A DNA stretch of 64,000 bases from Candidatus Latescibacterota bacterium (GCA_965116875.1 OZ220733.1:3968001-4032000), one strand, 5' to 3'; counted from the first letter of the stretch, positions 1-9,494 are shown. Numbers and translations: made by a program. Notes: a model not told the origin generated them from the sequence alone.

Positions 1-1049
1 CGGCCGCCATGTTTCGGGCGCACGACAATCCGACGCTTCAGGATCTGATGAAACGCCTCGACAAAGATGTCCTGGTGGGCACGCTGTCCTATTCGGACCC
101 CGAGACGGGATCGCATTTCTGGTATCCGATATCCTCGGGAGCAGAGCGGGTGGAGGGCGGCTGGAAGGTACGCAAAAAGGCATCGTGGACGACGTCCGCG
201 GGCTTCGCCGACTGGTACATCGTGCAGACCACGAGTCCCGATTTCGACGGCGACTACTCGAATCTGTCCTGTTTTCTCGTCATGGCCGGGGAGGTGAAGT
301 CGGAGCCGTCGCTGTGGGACGGCCTGGGTCTGCGCGGGAACCAGTCCGGCACGCTGGAGGTCGACAACGTCACGATGCCGGAAGACAGGCTGGTGGGCCC
401 CGTGGGCGACGGGGCGAATTCCAACGACGAGACGGTGGATCCGTTCTTCCTGTTATGCTCATCCGCGTGCTGGAACGGAATCTCACTGGGGATGATCGAT
501 ATCGCCAGGCGGCACACCACCGCGAGGCGGCACGCGGACGTGGGCATGCGGGTGGCAGATTACCCGACGATCCAGGATTACGTGGGCGAGGCCGTTATCG
601 ACACGAACACCTCACGGTCCTTCGTCTACATGATGGCACGGGCGATGGACGACGTCACGAATCAATGCGATTGGTCGATTCATGAGGACCTCGCCTGTAT
701 GCCAAGGGCGGACGTGCTTCACTGGATGTGGCAGGTGAAGTTCACCGCGGCGAAGAACGTGGCGAACGTTTCTGACAAGATGCTCCACGCCTGCGGTGGG
801 ACGGGGTACAAGCCCGACCTGGGGATCGAACGGTACCTGCGCGACGGAAAGGCCGGGTGGGTGATGGGCCCCACGAATGAGGTCCTGCGCCAGTTTGTGG
901 GCAAGAGCGTGTTGCTTGGGTTCGACTCACTGGACTACTGGAACCAGTCCGTAAACGAGCGGTTATTGAGGAACGAACTCAAGAAGATGGATGGCGAGAG
1001 CAAGAGGGAACTCGGGCGTGAGCTTCTGGCCGAAACCGATGAGGGATGA
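1..1049 (+). CDS. Acyl-CoA dehydrogenase-fold flavoprotein, probably truncated at the 5' end by the window edge; possible flavin-dependent monooxygenase
   Basis: ACAD motifs SYSDPETGSH, KKASWTTS, WDGLGLRGNQSG, GGTGY..IERYLRD. The frame is open to the window start. The canonical YEGT catalytic-Glu motif is replaced by MGPT. Stop overlaps the tdm start (ATGA). Confidence 0.85.
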   Translation, partial: AAMFRAHDNPTLQDLMKRLDKDVLVGTLSYSDPETGSHFWYPISSGAERVEGGWKVRKKASWTTSAGFADWYIVQTTSPDFDGDYSNLSCFLVMAGEVKSEPSLWDGLGLRGNQSGTLEVDNVTMPEDRLVGPVGDGANSNDETVDPFFLLCSSACWNGISLGMIDIARRHTTARRHADVGMRVADYPTIQDYVGEAVIDTNTSRSFVYMMARAMDDVTNQCDWSIHEDLACMPRADVLHWMWQVKFTAAKNVANVSDKMLHACGGTGYKPDLGIERYLRDGKAGWVMGPTNEVLRQFVGKSVLLGFDSLDYWNQSVNERLLRNELKKMDGESKRELGRELLAETDEG

Positions 1050-3382
1050 TGCCTGTAGACGTCCAAATGTACGGAACGGGACTGCTGAGGTGGACGCCGG
1101 GCCGGGAGCGCTATCGGGTGCCCGGCGGTGGGGCGATCGCCCTGGAGTTGTTGCAGGGAGATCGGCTGGCGATGGTGGACGTCGAGGGGCGCCAGCGTTG
1201 CGAGCTTGGGATATTCGGTCCTGACGGCAGCGCCGATCCTTCCAGATTGGGGGTCCGGGCTGATGGCGCGATGGAGGGTTTCGCGGAGGCGCTCGGCCGC
1301 GGGGACGAGAGCGCGCAGGCGGCCAACGCGGCCCTGCGGCGCAGGGGCGTCGACGTTGCAGGCGCGCGGGCGGTGCAGGTTTTCGGCGGAGAGACGGAAG
1401 CCGGCGCCGAAGCCGGTTTCGACGTGCAACGGGACGCCGTTTGCGTGATTGCGGCCCCGGGCGGACCGATGAGCGTGGATGCCCAGGATCCTCCGACGGA
1501 CCTGGAAGTCGTGGTCAGACGTTCAAATGTGGAAACGCCTGAACGCCCGCCGCTGCCCGCGCCATTGGGAGACACGCGACTGGATCTGGACGTCGAAAGG
1601 GCGTCGGCCTTTGCCTACGAGGTCAAAGCCGGAGAATTCATCCAGGTGATCGACGTTGCCGGCCGCCAGTGTTCGGATTTTCTGGCGTTCGACGCCAGGC
1701 AACTGCAGCGCGGGGTTGAGCGGGGCCTGGATGCGACCACCACGCGGACCCTCATGGGCGCCGCCTATCCCGGTCCGGGCCTTTATTCGAAATTCTACGA
1801 CCGGGATATGCAGCCGCTGGTCGAGGTAGTTCGGGATACGGTAGGGCGGCACGATACGTTTGCGCTTGCGTGCACCGCCAAATATTACGAGGATATGGGT
1901 TATCCGGGTCACGTCAACTGTACGGACAACTTCAACGCGGCACTGGACCCGTATACCATACAGCCCCGGCGCGGCTGGCCCGCGGTGAATTTCTTCTACA
2001 ATACGAGAATCGACGGGAATAACGTCCTGTTCATGGACGAGCCATGGTCTCGTCCGGGCGACTACGTTCTTTTGAAAGCGCTGACGGACCTGGTCTGTCT
2101 GTCGTCCGCGTGCCCGGACGATATCGATCCGGCCAACGGCTGGGAGCCTACGGAAATTCAGGTCCGCGTCTACCCTGAACGATACCGGTTTTCGAGAGGG
2201 ATTGCTCACCGGATGACGGCAGACGCCGAGCCCAGGTTGACGAGGGAGACGGCCTTTCACCCGCGTACGTCCGCCCTGACCCGCCATTTCGAGGAATATC
2301 GGGGGTTCTGGCTGCCCTCGTGCTTTACCGGCAGCGGCGCCGTCGAGGAATATTTCGCCTGCCGCGAAACCGCGGCGGTGATGGATTTGTCCGCGCTGCG
2401 CAAGTTCGAGGTCCTGGGACCGGACGCCGAGGCGCTGCTGCAGCATACGCTGACGCGAGACGTTCGCAGGCTCTCGCCGGGTCAGGTGACGTATTCCGCG
2501 ATGTGTTACGAAACCGGCGGCATGCTGGACGACGGCACGCTGTTCCGACTGGGCCCCGAGAATTTCCGGTGGATCTGCGGCGATGACTACGGGGGCGAGT
2601 GGCTGCGCGAGCAGGCGGGTCGACTCGGGATGCGGGTGTGGGTCAGAAACTCGACCGATCAGCTCCACAATCTTGCCGTCCAGGGTCCCCGAAGCCGGGA
2701 ACTCCTTCGCAATCTCATCTGGACCCCTCCTTCCCGCCCGTCTCTGGCCGAATTGGGCTGGTTCCGATTCACGGTGGGCCGAATCGCCGATGGGAGCGGG
2801 CCGGCGGTTGTCGTCTCGCGGACGGGGTACACGGGGGAACTGGGCTACGAGGTTTGGTGCCATCCCAACGATGCACCGGCGGTCTGGGACGCCATCCGGG
2901 AAGTGGGACACGGGTACGGCCTGACGCCGTTGGGGCTGGAGGCCCTGGACATGCTGCGAATCGAGGCCGGTCTGGTTTTCGCGGGCTGTGAGTTCGACGA
3001 TCAGACGGACCCGTTCGAAGCGGGAATCGGCTTCACGGTTCCGCTCGGACGCAAGAAAGACGATTTCATCGGCAAGGAAGCTCTGGTTCACAGGCGGTCG
3101 CACCCCCAACGGGTGCTGGTTGGCCTGGAGGTATCCGGAAACGAACCGGCCGCCACCGGTGACGACGTCTACCAGGGGCGCGGCCGGGTGGGCGTGATTA
3201 CCAGCGGTACACGATCGCCCGTTCTGGGAAAGAATATCGCGCTCTGCCGAATCGCGGCCGGGTACGCCGCGATCGGCGTGGAGGTCGAGGTCGGAAGGCT
3301 GGACGGCCATCAGAAGCGCATTCCCGCGCGGGTGGTGCGGTTTCCGTTTTACGATCCGGGCAAATCGCGGCCTCGTTCCTGA
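1046..3382 (+). CDS. tdm: Trimethylamine N-oxide demethylase (DUF1989 + GcvT aminomethyltransferase fusion)
   Basis: DUF1989 motifs GRQCSDF, RHDTFALAC, GHVNC, SSACPDD followed by a GcvT domain (MDLSALRKF, SRTGYTGELGYE, LRIEAG). Hand-counted spacing of D/H/F/C/H/C/Y/W/C matches the residues recalled for Methylocella Tdm (D198, H256, F259, C263, H276, C279, Y305, W321, C343). Confidence 0.9.
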   Translation: MMPVDVQMYGTGLLRWTPGRERYRVPGGGAIALELLQGDRLAMVDVEGRQRCELGIFGPDGSADPSRLGVRADGAMEGFAEALGRGDESAQAANAALRRRGVDVAGARAVQVFGGETEAGAEAGFDVQRDAVCVIAAPGGPMSVDAQDPPTDLEVVVRRSNVETPERPPLPAPLGDTRLDLDVERASAFAYEVKAGEFIQVIDVAGRQCSDFLAFDARQLQRGVERGLDATTTRTLMGAAYPGPGLYSKFYDRDMQPLVEVVRDTVGRHDTFALACTAKYYEDMGYPGHVNCTDNFNAALDPYTIQPRRGWPAVNFFYNTRIDGNNVLFMDEPWSRPGDYVLLKALTDLVCLSSACPDDIDPANGWEPTEIQVRVYPERYRFSRGIAHRMTADAEPRLTRETAFHPRTSALTRHFEEYRGFWLPSCFTGSGAVEEYFACRETAAVMDLSALRKFEVLGPDAEALLQHTLTRDVRRLSPGQVTYSAMCYETGGMLDDGTLFRLGPENFRWICGDDYGGEWLREQAGRLGMRVWVRNSTDQLHNLAVQGPRSRELLRNLIWTPPSRPSLAELGWFRFTVGRIADGSGPAVVVSRTGYTGELGYEVWCHPNDAPAVWDAIREVGHGYGLTPLGLEALDMLRIEAGLVFAGCEFDDQTDPFEAGIGFTVPLGRKKDDFIGKEALVHRRSHPQRVLVGLEVSGNEPAATGDDVYQGRGRVGVITSGTRSPVLGKNIALCRIAAGYAAIGVEVEVGRLDGHQKRIPARVVRFPFYDPGKSRPRS

Positions 3383-3469
3383 TCGCAGACAACAGCTTCT
3401 CCGGCCGTCGAGGAACCGCATGAACGGGGCTGGAAGCTTCGCGGCGGACGTCGCTCTTGTTGAGAGGGT

Positions 3470-3967
3470 ATGGGAATGGCCTTCGACCCGATGGAGCAAC
3501 GCCGGATCATGGGTTGTTTTGCAACCGGCGTAACCGTTGTCACTACCGTTTCCGGCGGCGAATACAGGGGAATGACGGCCAATGCCGTGACCTCGCTTTC
3601 GCTGGAGCCCCCGCTGGTCATGGTGTCCGTGGACAGGGGGGCGCAAATGCACGCGCATCTGACGGAGAGCCGGTATTTCGCCTTGAATATCCTCAGCGAG
3701 GATCAGGAAGCGGTTTCAACGCAGTTCGCCAGACCGGGTCCCAAGGACTTTTCAAACGTGGCCACAACGACGTGCCGGACCGGCGCGCCCGTCCTCACGG
3801 ACGCGCTGGGCCACGTGGAATGTCTGCTGGCCGACGTACTCCGTGCCGGCGACCATGATATCTTTGTTGGTGAAATCGTAGCGGGCGATGCCGGACCAGG
3901 TCGTCCGCTCCTGTTTTACCAGGGGAAGTATCGCCGGATGTCGAACGGGACTGAATCCAGGGTCTGA
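3470..3967 (+). CDS. Flavin reductase (HpaC/RutF family), reductase partner of two-component monooxygenases
   Basis: FATGVTVVT, GMTANAVTSLSLEPPLV, GDHDIFVGE, PLLFYQG motifs. Confidence 0.92.
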   Translation: MGMAFDPMEQRRIMGCFATGVTVVTTVSGGEYRGMTANAVTSLSLEPPLVMVSVDRGAQMHAHLTESRYFALNILSEDQEAVSTQFARPGPKDFSNVATTTCRTGAPVLTDALGHVECLLADVLRAGDHDIFVGEIVAGDAGPGRPLLFYQGKYRRMSNGTESRV

Positions 3968-4164
3968 AGGACGCGTGACGCGGGCGCCTCGCTTTCCTCA
4001 GGTTTTACCTCAATTCCGCCCAAGCCGCAACGCGGCGCCGCGACGAAACCATTCAAAACGGGCCGAAATGGTCGTCATGAAGGACATTTTTTCCGTTCAC
4101 GTACAGTGTCCTGGTGTATCCTGGTAATCAGCAGTTTAATCGCCTTTATTAACTCACACATATA

Positions 4165-4210
4165 CGAATTAACCTCCCGGAAAAATAACGAATCAAGGTT
4201 AATTCGGAGG
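4165..4210 (+). promoter_or_regulatory. Perfect 11-bp inverted repeat abutting the amt ribosome-binding site
   Basis: CGAATTAACCT (4165-4175) / AGGTTAATTCG (4196-4206), then GGAGG, in an AT-rich leader. Confidence 0.5.
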
Positions 4211-4216
4211 GGAGAT

Positions 4217-5611
4217 ATGGACAACGAACTCAGCGCATTGACCGTCGTGTTTACGGAATTCTATTACTGGATATGCATCGTGCTCATGTTCCTCATCCAC
4301 GTCGGCTTCTGTCTGTACGAAGTCGGCGTGTCCAGGAGGAAGAATATGATGCATACCCTCATGAAGAACGCGATGCTGATTCCGCTGGTCACCATCACGT
4401 TCTATTTCTTCGGGTGGTGGATCTATTTTGCCGTTCAGAACGGACCCGGGATCACGGGCGGACTGATCGAAGCCGCGTGGGCGACGCCCTGGAATGAGCT
4501 GATGGGGACCCATATGGGAGGCAAACCGCACGGCGGGGGTCTCACAGGAGACGACACGGCGCTCTGGGCGCGGCTGAACGGCGTCTTCTGGGCGGCCTTT
4601 CTGCTGTTTTCATGGACGGCGGGATCGATCCTATCGGGCGCGGTCATCGAACGCATCCGATCCGGCGCGTTCTGGATCTTCGCGGTGCTTGTGGGGTCGG
4701 TCACGTGGGTGATCGACGCGGCGTGGGGCTGGTCCGCAGACGGCTGGATGGTGCAGATTCTGGGGTATCACGATGCGTACGCATCCGGCGTCATCCATGC
4801 AATCAGCGGCGGGTCCGCGCTGGCGATCCTCTATCACCTGGGACCTCGAATCGGCAGATTCAGGTCCGACGGTTCTCCCAGGAACTTCCCGCCGCAAAAT
4901 ACCTGGCTTGTGATCATCGGTCTGTTTCTGATTTACACGGGATTCTGGGGTTTCTACGCGGCCTGCAACGTGCCCATTATGGACATCGACGCCTCCGACG
5001 CCAGGGCGTTCTTTTCCGCCACCACGATTTACCTGACGCCCACCACGCTCAGCGCGATCACGTTCAACTTTCTGATGTCGCTCGCCGGCGGTTTGATCAT
5101 GGGCTATTTCGTGTCCGGGGGTGATCCGTACTGGACCTTTTCCGGCGGACTTGCCGGCATCATCACGGCGTCTGCGGGCAACGACCTGTACCATCCGATG
5201 CAGGCGCTGCTCATCGGCGCATTCGGCACGTTCTGCATGTACAGGTTGCACAATTGGGTCGAGAAGCGGTTCAGGATCGACGATGCGGTGGGCGCCGTGG
5301 CGGTACATGGATATGCCGGAGTTATCGGGGTGATTGTCGCGGGATTCGTACTCTGGGGGTATCCCGCAGCCAATCCCGAGTACGCTCCGATTACGCCGTG
5401 GGGACAGACGCTCGGTGCTGTCATTATGTTTTTTGTGCTGGGCTTTCTACCCTGTTACGTCGTTGGCGCGATCCTCAAGAAGCTTGGCGTTCTGCGTATA
5501 CCGGGTCGGATAGAACTTGCGGGCCTGGATCACGTGACCATTCAGAACGAGACGGTGGATACGGACGAACTCGTTCAGGCGGAAATCGACGAATCGCAGG
5601 CAGGCGGATAG
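4217..5611 (+). CDS. amt: Ammonium/methylammonium transporter (Amt family)
   Basis: About 11 hydrophobic segments; GAVIERI, HDAYASGVIH, LGPRIGRF, IDDAVGAVAVHG (twin His). Start moved to ATG 4217 after GGAGGG. Confidence 0.92.
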   Translation: MDNELSALTVVFTEFYYWICIVLMFLIHVGFCLYEVGVSRRKNMMHTLMKNAMLIPLVTITFYFFGWWIYFAVQNGPGITGGLIEAAWATPWNELMGTHMGGKPHGGGLTGDDTALWARLNGVFWAAFLLFSWTAGSILSGAVIERIRSGAFWIFAVLVGSVTWVIDAAWGWSADGWMVQILGYHDAYASGVIHAISGGSALAILYHLGPRIGRFRSDGSPRNFPPQNTWLVIIGLFLIYTGFWGFYAACNVPIMDIDASDARAFFSATTIYLTPTTLSAITFNFLMSLAGGLIMGYFVSGGDPYWTFSGGLAGIITASAGNDLYHPMQALLIGAFGTFCMYRLHNWVEKRFRIDDAVGAVAVHGYAGVIGVIVAGFVLWGYPAANPEYAPITPWGQTLGAVIMFFVLGFLPCYVVGAILKKLGVLRIPGRIELAGLDHVTIQNETVDTDELVQAEIDESQAGG

Positions 5612-5620
5612 AAAGGATTT

Positions 5621-7306
5621 ATGCGCGAGCACGACCCGTTGCCGGACATCGAGATCGCGAGGCGAGCACGCCTGCTCCATATAGGCCAGGTCGCGCAGAC
5701 ACTGGGCGTGCCGGAAGACCAGCTGGAGGTCTACGGCAGGCATAAGGCCAAGGTTTCGATGGACTTTTGCGACAGCCTTGCCGGCAATGCCACCGGCAGG
5801 CTGGTGCTGGTCTCGGCGATCAATCCCACGCCGTCCGGTGAGGGCAAAACCACCACAACCGTGGGCCTGGGCGATGCGCTGAACCGGCTGGGAAAGCGCA
5901 CCGCCATCTGTCTCAGGGAGCCTTCCCTGGGACCCTGTTTCGGGATGAAGGGGGGGGCTGCCGGCGGCGGGATGTCCCAGGTGGCGCCGATGGAGGACAT
6001 CAACCTGCACTTTACGGGCGATATCCATGCCATCGGGGTCGCCCACAATCTGCTGTCCGCTGCGATCGACAACCACATCCATCACCGGAACCGGCTGGAA
6101 ATCGACCCCCGGCGCGTACTCTGGAAGCGCGTGATGGACATGAACGACCGCGCGCTTCGTGAAATCGTCGTCGGTCTGGGAGGTACGGGGAACTCCTATC
6201 CTCGTGAATCCGGATTTGAGATCACGGTCGCGTCCGAAGTGATGGCGATTTTCTGCCTGTCGGAGTCGCTCGACGAACTCCGGGAGCGGCTGGGTCGGAT
6301 CGTCGTGGCGGTTACGCGGGCCAATGAACCGGTCACGGCGGAGGACCTCAACGTGCACGGGGCGATGGCCGTACTGTTGAGAGACGCGCTGAAGCCGAAT
6401 CTGGTACAGACCCTGGAGAACAACCCGGCCATCGTTCACGGCGGTCCGTTCGCCAATATCGCGCATGGTTGCAATTCGGTGATCGCGACGAAGCTGGCGA
6501 TGCGTCTGTCCGAGTATACCGTAACCGAAGCCGGATTCGGCGCGGATCTGGGCGCGGAGAAGTTCCTGAACATCAAGTGCCGGCAGGCAGGTATCCGCCC
6601 CGATGTGGTGGTGCTCGTGGCGACGGTGCGCGGGCTGAAATACCATGGCGGCGTCTCGCTCAGGCGACTGTCGGACGCCGACCCGGCGGCGCTGGAAAAG
6701 GGGCTCGTCAACCTGAGGAAGCATATCGAAAACATCCGGCGTTTCGGCCTGCCCGCCGTCGTGGCCGTGAACCGGTTTCTTTCCGATACGTCCGGTGAGA
6801 TCGCTCGGATACAGGACGCGTGCGCCGATATGAATCTGCCGATCGTTCCTTCGGAACACTGGGCAAAAGGAGGGGTCGGCGCGGAGGCGCTTGCGGGGAC
6901 GGTTGTCGAAGCCGCGGAAACGGCGCCCCGCGATTTCAAGCTTCTCTATCCCGACGGTCTTCGGCTGTGGGACAAGGCCAGGATCGTTGCCCGCGAAGTC
7001 TACGGCGCCGACGATATTATGGGGGACAAACGGTTGAGGGCCCGGTTCGCAAAGCTCGAGGAAGCGGGCTACGGGAGGCTTCCGGTCTGTATGGCCAAGA
7101 CCCAGTATTCGCTCTCGACCGATCCGGGCTTGAAGGGCAGACCGAGGGGTTTCGACGTGCCCATTCGCGACGTCAGGGTATCTGCCGGCGCCGGGTTTGT
7201 GGTTGTGTATACAGGAGACGTCATGACAATGCCCGGGCTTCCGCGCAGGCCTTCCGCGGAAGCGATCGATTACGATGAAGCCGGGAACACGGTCGGATTG
7301 TTCTGA
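5621..7306 (+). CDS. fhs: Formate--tetrahydrofolate ligase
   Basis: [62 protein letters not shown]. Confidence 0.97.
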   Translation: MREHDPLPDIEIARRARLLHIGQVAQTLGVPEDQLEVYGRHKAKVSMDFCDSLAGNATGRLVLVSAINPTPSGEGKTTTTVGLGDALNRLGKRTAICLREPSLGPCFGMKGGAAGGGMSQVAPMEDINLHFTGDIHAIGVAHNLLSAAIDNHIHHRNRLEIDPRRVLWKRVMDMNDRALREIVVGLGGTGNSYPRESGFEITVASEVMAIFCLSESLDELRERLGRIVVAVTRANEPVTAEDLNVHGAMAVLLRDALKPNLVQTLENNPAIVHGGPFANIAHGCNSVIATKLAMRLSEYTVTEAGFGADLGAEKFLNIKCRQAGIRPDVVVLVATVRGLKYHGGVSLRRLSDADPAALEKGLVNLRKHIENIRRFGLPAVVAVNRFLSDTSGEIARIQDACADMNLPIVPSEHWAKGGVGAEALAGTVVEAAETAPRDFKLLYPDGLRLWDKARIVAREVYGADDIMGDKRLRARFAKLEEAGYGRLPVCMAKTQYSLSTDPGLKGRPRGFDVPIRDVRVSAGAGFVVVYTGDVMTMPGLPRRPSAEAIDYDEAGNTVGLF

Positions 7307-7337
7307 AGGCGGAACCTGGTTTGATTCCAGCCACGGA

Positions 7338-7517
7338 CGTTTCGTCCATTCGTTTCTCGTCTGTTCGTCTTCTGGCTTTGCGAAACTGCGAATGTACGAG
7401 GGAACGAATGTACGAAAGAGCGGGAATACGTCGTTCGTCCTCTGGTTTTCTCGTCTATCGTCTCTTCGTTATCTCGTAGTCTCGTATTCTCGTAGTCTCG
7501 CTATCTCATTACTTCGC
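7338..7517. repeat. Three alternating-orientation arrays with 8-nt periodicity (TCGT-N4 / CGA-N5 / TCGT-N4)
   Basis: CG(A) at 7381, 7389, 7397, 7405, 7413, 7421, 7429; TCGT at 7342-7365 and at 7458, 7466, 7474, 7482, 7490, with TCGC at 7498. Confidence 0.8.
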
Positions 7518-7557
7518 GTGTTTTGCAGTTTCCGGGTTGCTTCAAAGGAGGACGCAG

Positions 7558-7788
7558 ATGAGAACGGGTTTGGTTGAAACGTGGACGGGGAATCCGGCCG
7601 ACGTGGGCCCGATGTATCCCTTTGTCGGGTACGAGGTTCCTCTCTTCGTGGTCTGTATTATTCTGTGGCTTGCGTACACGATCTGGCAGATCAGACACGA
7701 GAATGCAACCTATGCTGACGAGTCGAAGCAACTGGCCGAAGCAGGTTCGCTGGTATCGGCGATTGAACGTGAGGGAAGGAACCTCTAA
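7558..7788 (+). CDS. Small single-pass membrane protein (76 aa)
   Basis: Strong RBS AAGGAGGA before ATG 7558; GPMYPFVG followed by one TM segment and WQIRHEN. Confidence 0.8.
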   Translation: MRTGLVETWTGNPADVGPMYPFVGYEVPLFVVCIILWLAYTIWQIRHENATYADESKQLAEAGSLVSAIEREGRNL

Positions 7789-7969
7789 CAGTCCGTTGAT
7801 AAAGTCGCTCTGCAGGCGAGGCCGAGCCATTGTGGTCGAAGACAAGGCGCGCGACCGAGTCCCATCCTGCGATTCGGCGAGGGAGCGCAACGCAGGTTTT
7901 CGACCGCAAGGGCCGGACGCAGCCCGGATGGACTTTTTCAACGGGCTGCTATAAGGAGGAGAACCGACG

Positions 7970-9304
7970 ATGACGCTGGACCAGGTTAAAGAATTCGTAG
8001 CCGCGAATGGAATCGACTTCTTTCTGTGTTCATTCGTGGAGATGAGCGGAATGCCCAAGGCGAAGGTGGTGCCTGTGACCCACCTCGACGACATGGCCTC
8101 GGAGGGCGCGGGGTTCGCGGGGTTCGCGGCGGGCAATATGGGGCAGGGACCGCACGATTCCGATATGATGAACATCCCGGACTTCAACTCGATGACCGTA
8201 TTGCCGTGGCGCAAGAATACGGCGTGGGTTGCGGGCAACATCCAGGTTGAGGGGGAGCCTTTCGGGTATTGTCCGCGGACGATCCTGCAGCGCCAGCTCG
8301 CGAAGGCGGAGGCGATGGGATATCGCCTGAATCTGGGCGTGGAGGCGGAGTTCATTCTCCTGAAAAAAGACGACCAGGGGAACTATGTGCTGGCCGATCC
8401 GATGGACACGCTCGAAAAGCCCTGTTACGATCTCGTCACCCTTCATCGCAACCTGGACGTGATGACCACGCTGATCGGGTATATGCAGGAGCTGGGATGG
8501 GAACCCTATGCAAACGACCACGAAGACGCCAATTGCCAGTTCGAAATCAACTGGACCTATTCCGACGCGCTGACGACCGCCGATCGCCAGACGTTTTTCA
8601 GGTGGATGGTGAAGGTGAACGCGGAGCGGCTCGGGTACCACGCGACCTTCATGCCGAAGCCGTTTTCTCATCTCACGGGAAGCGGAGCGCACTATCACAT
8701 GAGCCTGTGGGACCCGGAGAACAGGACCAACCTTTTCCTCGACGACGGGGATGAAAACGGCCTGTCGAAGGAGGCTTACTGGTTCATGGCAGGCATCCTC
8801 AACCACGCGAAGGCGATTTCAGCCGTGTCCGCGCCGCTGGTGAACAGCTACAAACGCCTCACGCGCGGCGCGCCTCGATCTGGCGCGTCCTGGGCGCCGA
8901 TCTGCATCACCTACGGCGGATCGAACCGGACGCAGATGGTTCGAATTCCGGACGCGGGTCGGATCGAGAACCGGGCGATCGACGGGGCGGCGAATCCGTA
9001 CCTGACGACCGCGGCAATGCTGGCGGCCGGGCTGGACGGCATCGAAAACCGCATGGAACCCGGCGAACGCAACGAGGGCAACTTGTATGAGGTGTCCGAG
9101 AGCGATTTGAGAGCGAGGGGCATCGACCTTCTCCCGGGTACCCTGGCGGAGGCGGCCGATCACCTGGCGTCCGACGACGTGCTCCGGGAGGCGCTCGGCA
9201 CGGAATATGCGGACTATTACGTGCAGGTGAAACGCGAAGAGTGGGCGGAGTACCATCTGCACGTCGACCAGTGGGAACGCGAGCGCTATCTGCCGGTCTA
9301 TTAG
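7970..9304 (+). CDS. gmaS: Type III glutamine synthetase-like enzyme, probable gamma-glutamylmethylamide synthetase
   Basis: GAGFAGFA, DHEDANCQFE, ATFMPKPF, NRTQMVRIP, DGAANPYL are GlnT/GmaS-type motifs; context with tdm, amt and fhs favours GmaS. Confidence 0.8.
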   Translation: MTLDQVKEFVAANGIDFFLCSFVEMSGMPKAKVVPVTHLDDMASEGAGFAGFAAGNMGQGPHDSDMMNIPDFNSMTVLPWRKNTAWVAGNIQVEGEPFGYCPRTILQRQLAKAEAMGYRLNLGVEAEFILLKKDDQGNYVLADPMDTLEKPCYDLVTLHRNLDVMTTLIGYMQELGWEPYANDHEDANCQFEINWTYSDALTTADRQTFFRWMVKVNAERLGYHATFMPKPFSHLTGSGAHYHMSLWDPENRTNLFLDDGDENGLSKEAYWFMAGILNHAKAISAVSAPLVNSYKRLTRGAPRSGASWAPICITYGGSNRTQMVRIPDAGRIENRAIDGAANPYLTTAAMLAAGLDGIENRMEPGERNEGNLYEVSESDLRARGIDLLPGTLAEAADHLASDDVLREALGTEYADYYVQVKREEWAEYHLHVDQWERERYLPVY

Positions 9305-9344
9305 TGGCTGTCGTTGGGAGTCATCGATCTCCGCACCGCCATTT

Positions 9345-9448
9345 GGGCGCCCACAAGGGTTGCCCCTGCAAATGCAACGTCGGCGCGTAGCCCGGAGTAT
9401 TCAATTCCTGGATGTTTGGTCGTGTAGGGGCGCCCCTTGTGGGCGCCC
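9345..9448. repeat. Pair of inverted GTAG-type REP sequences
   Basis: GGGCGCCCACAAGGGTTGCCCCTGCA (9345-9370) and TGTAGGGGCGCCCCTTGTGGGCGCCC (9423-9448) are reverse complements with 3 mismatches. Confidence 0.85.
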
Positions 9449-9494
9449 GGCCGACGACATCCTTGCGGTATCGAGAATCTGACGGGATAAGTCA

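Noticed and set aside
3391-3400. AACAGCTTCT after tdm as another MITE end
   Set aside because: A 10-nt match is too short to distinguish from chance.
1523-3658. Long antisense ORF (711 aa), and similar ones such as 5447-6859, 11015-12334, 52726-54438 and 62453-63490
   Set aside because: They shadow well-supported genes on the opposite strand, have no recognisable motifs, and are expected in GC-rich DNA.
4106-4216. N-terminal extension of the Amt ORF
   Set aside because: AT-rich leader; the strong SD and family-like sequence begin at ATG 4217.
7338-7517. Possible CRISPR array
   Set aside because: The period is 8 nt, there are no 23-47-nt repeats with unique spacers, and no cas genes are present.
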